From: Verrucomicrobiota bacterium
GTDB taxonomy: Bacteria > Verrucomicrobiota > Verrucomicrobiia > Opitutales > Opitutaceae
Assembly (NCBI GenBank): GCA_016871775.1
Contig: VHCI01000003.1
Coordinates: 9,458 to 73,457, forward strand
Reading direction: 5' to 3'
Length of the DNA: 64,000 nt
Below the pieces are notes generated by a model. It worked only from the letters and a program-made list of their open reading frames with translations, did no database searches and was not told where the DNA came from. Shown piece after piece: positions 60,101 through 64,000 of the stretch. How positions within the stretch are numbered: the first letter of the stretch is position 1; each line of letters opens with the position of its first letter. The position numbers were made by a program, and so were the translations under genes.

Positions 60101-60245
60101 GGTCGCGTACCCTTGGAACATTCTGGGTTACCGGATCCACACCAACTTCGGTCTCTACAACGTGACCGACGAGAAGTACTCTGAGGGCTCCTTCGCGATG
60201 TCTCCGGCCCGGAACTGGATTTTCCGGAACACGCTCAAGTTCTGA
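57186..60245 (+). CDS. TonB-dependent receptor with N-terminal coiled coil
   Basis: Signal peptide, LRRLQEENAALRKQLAE, ATATKINMEIQNIP, DRVEVVKGPAAVFFGQGYPGG, C-terminal F; 1019 aa, intact. Confidence 0.94.
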   Translation: MNKPSPLARRSLTTTLALLSAAPLAFGQAGDAAALRRLQEENAALRKQLAEAQGRTTAPAAAARPAAAAAAPAVGLRTDEGVTALSAFEVKSERDYGYLKTNAATATKINMEIQNIPLHLQVISREFLDDTNARSLTDLFRYSASASGDTRFAMRVPANSATPQGTFTMRGFVVNSLMRNGVFRYTSYNLETIDRVEVVKGPAAVFFGQGYPGGVINYITKQPDFSGNKTDVDYYVNSNSGHRVMIDQNQTLGKKAALRIIGGWEDTQGERRFEYRRANTVTPSLSLIPFDSGRVKITAEAEFLREKFSWHDYDWIWSDFAGWKEAATTGRYNSSTATLANTIAANAGNGLTANVIQNTRTPTLAYATYINNKRIATNNWSLPAYTRVERGAYVTNAAGQWVKDEAFNYTSRGAHFRNTIDNLSVTVDLTPFSWLDVRYNFLNEKSENYSVGQGGALTTPYANGINWNAATGNLSGYYRYGQTHNFDAVAKFDLFGVKNRLLGGFQRINPYQQFLGGQAFGDVQWAFLPGARNTESNPDYRGTNVALYNHGGVPVNQVIRDRTGAIKPVRQIYSNFDPGFEIYPDVNVYHQDDRNALDGYKSKTESLYLNWQATAFKDRLTLLAGYREERNWQRGQYQPNNYPWFIYFPNMHLNPTLYPENVWGHSISYQRGLYTDTKGNSWMGGLSFAVTKELSIYASNSKTFKFNNGRISGIFAGDEALWFEEARRTGFGGTPGQSFRYLGQTVTSLQQFRDILTGRGVFELLKNEQGMNWEIGAKLSQLNGQLVGTLSFFRGERENQMLDDGARQSNLEEPLNFSTDLFAVGSPYRSQRLLRWRTTDLLNRIEGGEAELIWTPRRNFQAVVNGSWLWTAKTVYDKTRAAPGTAAYNALAPAGKVASDIYYDARIENVPEYRLNVFGKYTFTDGIGGVGRGLNVGLGMRYSSETVVSRSVDWNPLAGGYQAGDYVVYDLTVAYPWNILGYRIHTNFGLYNVTDEKYSEGSFAMSPARNWIFRNTLKF

Positions 60246-60268
60246 TCCGACCTCTCGGTCGTGATCCC

Positions 60269-60298
60269 AAGGCGGCGCCGCAAGGCGCCGCCTTTTTT
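60269..60298 (+). terminator. Rho-independent terminator
   Basis: AAGGCGGCGCC-GCAA-GGCGCCGCCTT followed by a T-tract. Confidence 0.88.
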
Positions 60299-60372
60299 GT
60301 GTCCACCCGCCGCACGCATCGCGCTTGCCCGCCCCGGCCGGCCCGCTGGACTGCGGGGGCCCGCTGTCCCGG

Positions 60373-61425
60373 ATGCCGCCCGCCCCCACCTTCCTCCTGC
60401 TCCGCCGCCGCTACCTCGGCGACGTGGTCCTGCTCGGCGCCGTCGCCCGCAACCTGCGCCACCACCGGCCGGACGCCCGCATCCACCTTGTCACCGAGGC
60501 CGCCTACGCCAGCCTCGCCCCGCTCCAGCCGGAGCTGGCCGGGGTCCTTGCCTTCCCGCGGCGCCTCGGGGAATGGCCCGGCTTCGCGCGCCGGCTTCGC
60601 GCGCTGGGCGCCACGCACGCGCTGGACTTCGACAACACGGAGCGCACCGCGCTAGTCACCCGCCTCACCGGCGCACCGGTTCGCGCCACCTTTGACCGCG
60701 AACTGATCCCGCACCGCTGGCCGCGGCTCTACACCCACGCGGCGAAGGTCACGAACTCGTTCTACGATTCCCACCCCATCATCGAGACCTACCTCGCCCT
60801 GCCCGCCGCGCTCGGGGTGCCGCTGGTGGAACGCACGCCGCGGCTGGTCCCCCTCGCCTCCGACCTCGCCGCGGCCGCCCGCCTCACCGGCGGCCCCCGC
60901 ACCGCCGATCCGCGCCGGACCCGCCGCGTGCTCGTACACCCGGGCTCCCGCAGCGCCTTCCGCCTCTGGCCGGCCGAACGCTTCGCCGCGGTCTGCGACC
61001 GCCTGCAGGACGAACTGGGCGCCCAGGTGTTCCTCACCGCCGGTCCCGGGGAGGAACCGCTGGTCGACGCCCTTCGCCGCGCGGCGCGCACCCACCTCGT
61101 GACGCTCCGTCCGCTGACCACGCCCGGCGCGCTCGCCGCCCTCGCCGCGCAATGCGACGTCTTCCTCGGCCACGATAGCGGCCCGATGCACGTGGCGGCC
61201 GCCGCCGGGACGCCCGTGGTTGCCCTCTTCGGCGGGCAGAACGCGACGATCTGGCGCCCGCCCGGCCCGGGCCACACAGTGCTGCAGGCTCCCCTGCCCT
61301 GCGCCTGCCTCGGCTCCGCGGCCCCCGGTCCCTGCGTCCCGGGTGACTCTTACCGCAGCTACTGCGTCCGCCACCTCGAGGTCCCCGCGGTCTTCACCGC
61401 GGTGGCCGCCACCCTCGCCCGATGA
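60373..61425 (+). CDS. GT9 (heptosyltransferase-like) glycosyltransferase
   Basis: YLGDVVL, HPGSR, WPAERF, GHDSGPMHVAAA. Confidence 0.9.
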   Translation: MPPAPTFLLLRRRYLGDVVLLGAVARNLRHHRPDARIHLVTEAAYASLAPLQPELAGVLAFPRRLGEWPGFARRLRALGATHALDFDNTERTALVTRLTGAPVRATFDRELIPHRWPRLYTHAAKVTNSFYDSHPIIETYLALPAALGVPLVERTPRLVPLASDLAAAARLTGGPRTADPRRTRRVLVHPGSRSAFRLWPAERFAAVCDRLQDELGAQVFLTAGPGEEPLVDALRRAARTHLVTLRPLTTPGALAALAAQCDVFLGHDSGPMHVAAAAGTPVVALFGGQNATIWRPPGPGHTVLQAPLPCACLGSAAPGPCVPGDSYRSYCVRHLEVPAVFTAVAATLAR

Positions 61426-62234
61426 AGACCGTTTTTCCCCTCGACGGCTGCCATGCCGTGATCACGGGCGCCTCCTCCGGGCTTGGCGCGGAGTTCGCCC
61501 GCCAGCTCGCGCCCCGCGCCGCCGCGCTGTTCCTCGTGGCCCGCCGCGGCCCGGAGCTCGAGGCGGTCCGCCGCGCCCTGCCTGCCGGGACCCTGGAGGT
61601 GAGGCTCCTGGTCGCGGACCTCGCGACGGACGGCGGCCGCGACGCCCTGACCACTGCCCTCGACGCCACCGCCTTCCGGCCGAACCTGCTGGTGAACAAC
61701 GCCGGCCTCGGCGATTACGGCCGGTTTGACGAGGCGCCCGCCGCCCGCTCCCGCGCGGTGCTCGAGCTGAATGTCACCGCGCTCACGCTGCTCACCCACG
61801 CGCTGCTCCCGCGCCTGTCCCGGCCCGCCGGAATCCTGCAAGTGTCCTCTCTCGGCGCGAGTCTGCCGGTGCCGGAGCTGGCGGTCTACGCCGCCTCCAA
61901 GGCCTACGTCAGCAGCTTCTCCGAGGCGCTCGCGGTCGAGCTGGCGCCGCGGGGCGTGACCGTCACCTGCCTCTGCCCGGGCCCCACGCCGACCGGCTTC
62001 AGCGGGGCGGCGCGGCGACCCGGCGGCCCGGACACGGATCGGCGCGCCACCGGTCCCCTACGGATGCCCCCGGAGGCCGTGGTCGCGGCCGGCCTCGCGG
62101 CGCTCGCCGCGGGGCGGCCGAGCGTGCACCCGGGACGCGGGGTGGCCTTCGCCGCGTGGCTGTTCCGCGTGCTGCCCAAGCCGATCCTGTGGGCGCTGCT
62201 GCGGCGGCGCGCCGCGCGCGAGGGCGGCGCCTAG
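61422..62234 (+). CDS. Short-chain dehydrogenase/reductase
   Basis: TGASSGLG, VNNAG, YAASK, CPGPT. Confidence 0.92.
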   Translation: MKTVFPLDGCHAVITGASSGLGAEFARQLAPRAAALFLVARRGPELEAVRRALPAGTLEVRLLVADLATDGGRDALTTALDATAFRPNLLVNNAGLGDYGRFDEAPAARSRAVLELNVTALTLLTHALLPRLSRPAGILQVSSLGASLPVPELAVYAASKAYVSSFSEALAVELAPRGVTVTCLCPGPTPTGFSGAARRPGGPDTDRRATGPLRMPPEAVVAAGLAALAAGRPSVHPGRGVAFAAWLFRVLPKPILWALLRRRAAREGGA

Positions 62235-62938
62235 ACGAAGAGCCCGTCGCGCATCGGGCGCGTGACGTCACAGCGCTGCGCGATCTCAGGGTTGTGTGTG
62301 ACCAGGACAACCGCCTGCCCGTTGTCTTTGGCAAGGCGGGTGAGCAGGTCGAAGACCAGGTTGGAGTTGCGGACGTCGAGGTTCCCGGTGGGTTCGTCCG
62401 CGAGTAAAATGGCGGGTTGGTTCGCGAGCGCCCGGGCGATGGCCACGCGCTGCTGTTCCCCGCCGGAGAGCTGCGTGCCGAGCCGGTGCGTCTTGGCTCC
62501 GAGGCCGACCGAATCGAGCAGCGCATGCGCCCGCTCGCGCATCGCCGCGGGCGGGAGTCGGCCCAACTTGCGCATGGGCATCATCACGTTTTCCAGCGCG
62601 GAGAACTCCAGCATCAGAAAGTGGAACTGGAAAACGAAGCCAATGTGCTCGCCGCGCGCGGCCGTGCGGGCAGCGTCGTCGTGGTTCGACATCCGGCGGC
62701 CGTTGATCTCGATTTCGCCGTCGTCTGGCCGGTCGAGCAGCCCGAGGAGGTAAAGCAGCGTGCTCTTGCCGCAACCGGACGGGCCGACGATCGCGTAGAC
62801 CTGCCCGCGCTCCGCCTCGAACGAGACGCCCTTGAGCACGTGGACACGTCCCTCGTCCTGCCCGAGGTGCCGGTGGAGGCCGCGAGAGCGAAGGGCCCAG
62901 GCGGGTGCGACGTCGGGGGCTGGCGGGGGCGGGCTCAC
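62231..62938 (-). CDS. ABC transporter ATP-binding protein (LolD-like)
   Basis: GPSGCGKST, LSGGEQQRVAIARAL, ADEPTGNLD, VTHN. GTG start overlaps the permease stop. Confidence 0.92.
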   Translation of the reverse strand: MSPPPPAPDVAPAWALRSRGLHRHLGQDEGRVHVLKGVSFEAERGQVYAIVGPSGCGKSTLLYLLGLLDRPDDGEIEINGRRMSNHDDAARTAARGEHIGFVFQFHFLMLEFSALENVMMPMRKLGRLPPAAMRERAHALLDSVGLGAKTHRLGTQLSGGEQQRVAIARALANQPAILLADEPTGNLDVRNSNLVFDLLTRLAKDNGQAVVLVTHNPEIAQRCDVTRPMRDGLFV

Positions 62939-64000
62939 TGGGCGGTACCGCGGACGATGTCGCCCGGCTCGAGCCGCGCGGCACGGCGGGCCGGGATGAG
63001 GCTGGCGACCATCACCATCACCACCGCGGTAAGAACGGCGCCCGCGTAGTGGGCCGCGTCCCAAGTCACGATAAAGCGGTCGGTCTTGAAGATGCCGTTG
63101 ATGGGCAGCGGGACCTGGGAGACGAGCCAAGTCACCGCCGCGCCCAGCAGCGCGCCGGCGACGGCGCCCACGGCAAGCACGATCCCGGCCTGCGCGAGGA
63201 AGATTCGGGTGACGTCGCGGCGCTCGTAGCCCATCGAGCGGAGGATCGCGATGTCCTTGGTCTTCTCGAGGACGATCATGGCGAGCGTGTTGAACATCGC
63301 GAGGCTGGCGATGAGCGTGAACACGGAAACAGTGATCATCGTCGAGATCCGCAGAGCGCGGAAGACGGCAAGCCAAGTCTTTTCCCGCTCCTGCCAGGCC
63401 TTCACACTGTGGCGGAGGACCTGTTCGAGCCGCGCGGCGTCCTGCGGCGCCCGCGTCGGGTCATGGAGGCTGATTTGGAGGAACGTCGCCCCGCTGGGAC
63501 GCTTCAGAAGCGAGCGGGCCTCGGGCTGGTGCAGGTAGACGTTGGTCTTGTCCACCTCGCGGTAACCCGTCTCGTAGATCGCCGCGACCTGCACCCGCCG
63601 CGAGGCGCCGCGGGCGGAGATGAGCAGCGAGTCGCCCACCGCCAGCTGGAGCCGGTCGGCGAGCACGCGGCCCACCAGCGCGCCCGAGGGCGAGTTGCGG
63701 AAATCCTCGAGGCTGCCGTTCGTCACCTGCTCGGCGAGGTCGGAGACGCGCAAGTGGTCTTCGAGGCGGATCCCGAAAACTTGGGCGTCCTCCGCCTTGA
63801 ACGCGCTCTGGAGCTGCACGTTACCCCGCACCACCGCGGAGACACCGCGCACGTTGGCGAATTCCCGCACCGCCGCCATCAGCGCCTGCGGCTCCTCAAT
63901 GCCCTCGATGTACTTCACGCCGTCGCGCCGCGCGAAGTGCGAGTCGCCCCCGCCCGCCGCCGCCATGCTGCGCATCGTGTCCTGGATCTTGTCCTCGATG
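62935..64000 (-). CDS. ABC permease, LolC/E-FtsX family (5' end outside the window)
   Basis: MacB-like periplasmic region, KTKDIAILRSMG, SLIPARRAARLEPG. Confidence 0.88.
   Translation of the reverse strand, partial: IEDKIQDTMRSMAAAGGGDSHFARRDGVKYIEGIEEPQALMAAVREFANVRGVSAVVRGNVQLQSAFKAEDAQVFGIRLEDHLRVSDLAEQVTNGSLEDFRNSPSGALVGRVLADRLQLAVGDSLLISARGASRRVQVAAIYETGYREVDKTNVYLHQPEARSLLKRPSGATFLQISLHDPTRAPQDAARLEQVLRHSVKAWQEREKTWLAVFRALRISTMITVSVFTLIASLAMFNTLAMIVLEKTKDIAILRSMGYERRDVTRIFLAQAGIVLAVGAVAGALLGAAVTWLVSQVPLPINGIFKTDRFIVTWDAAHYAGAVLTAVVMVMVASLIPARRAARLEPGDIVRGTAQ

Noticed and set aside
1-64000. CRISPR array, rRNA, prophage, transposase or defence system
   Set aside because: No regularly spaced repeats and no recognisable motifs for these were seen.

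Overview
A very GC-rich bacterial chromosome segment. The many TonB-dependent receptors (TBDRs), DUF1501/PSD1 proteins, DUF1080 proteins, a sulfatase and PVC-type cytochromes suggest Verrucomicrobiota (Opitutae-like); this is an inference. There are about 48 supportable CDSs, 2 tRNAs (Arg-CCT, Leu-CAA), a candidate 6S RNA and two diverged copies of a ~160-bp MITE-like structured element. There is no CRISPR array, rRNA, integrase or transposase. Most notable: (1) a ~10-kb candidate GntR regulon marked by five copies of a TTGTYRACRA palindrome, linking a TBDR, a CoA-transferase/enoyl-CoA hydratase pair and an exported isomerase/pentaheme cytochrome/beta-propeller operon; (2) a stop-codon-targeting MITE-like element whose internal stems covary between copies; (3) an SPT-like PLP enzyme next to GT4 and GT-C-like glycosyltransferases; (4) a signal-peptide RidA next to a Tat-exported class V PLP enzyme; (5) a likely CUG-initiated GT2; and (6) an eroding glycan-utilisation locus (rhamnosidase, isomerase and LacI pseudogenes) next to an intact TBDR. 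Product calls rest on motif recognition by eye; no database searches were run. Most other long ORFs in the track are GC-driven antisense shadows.
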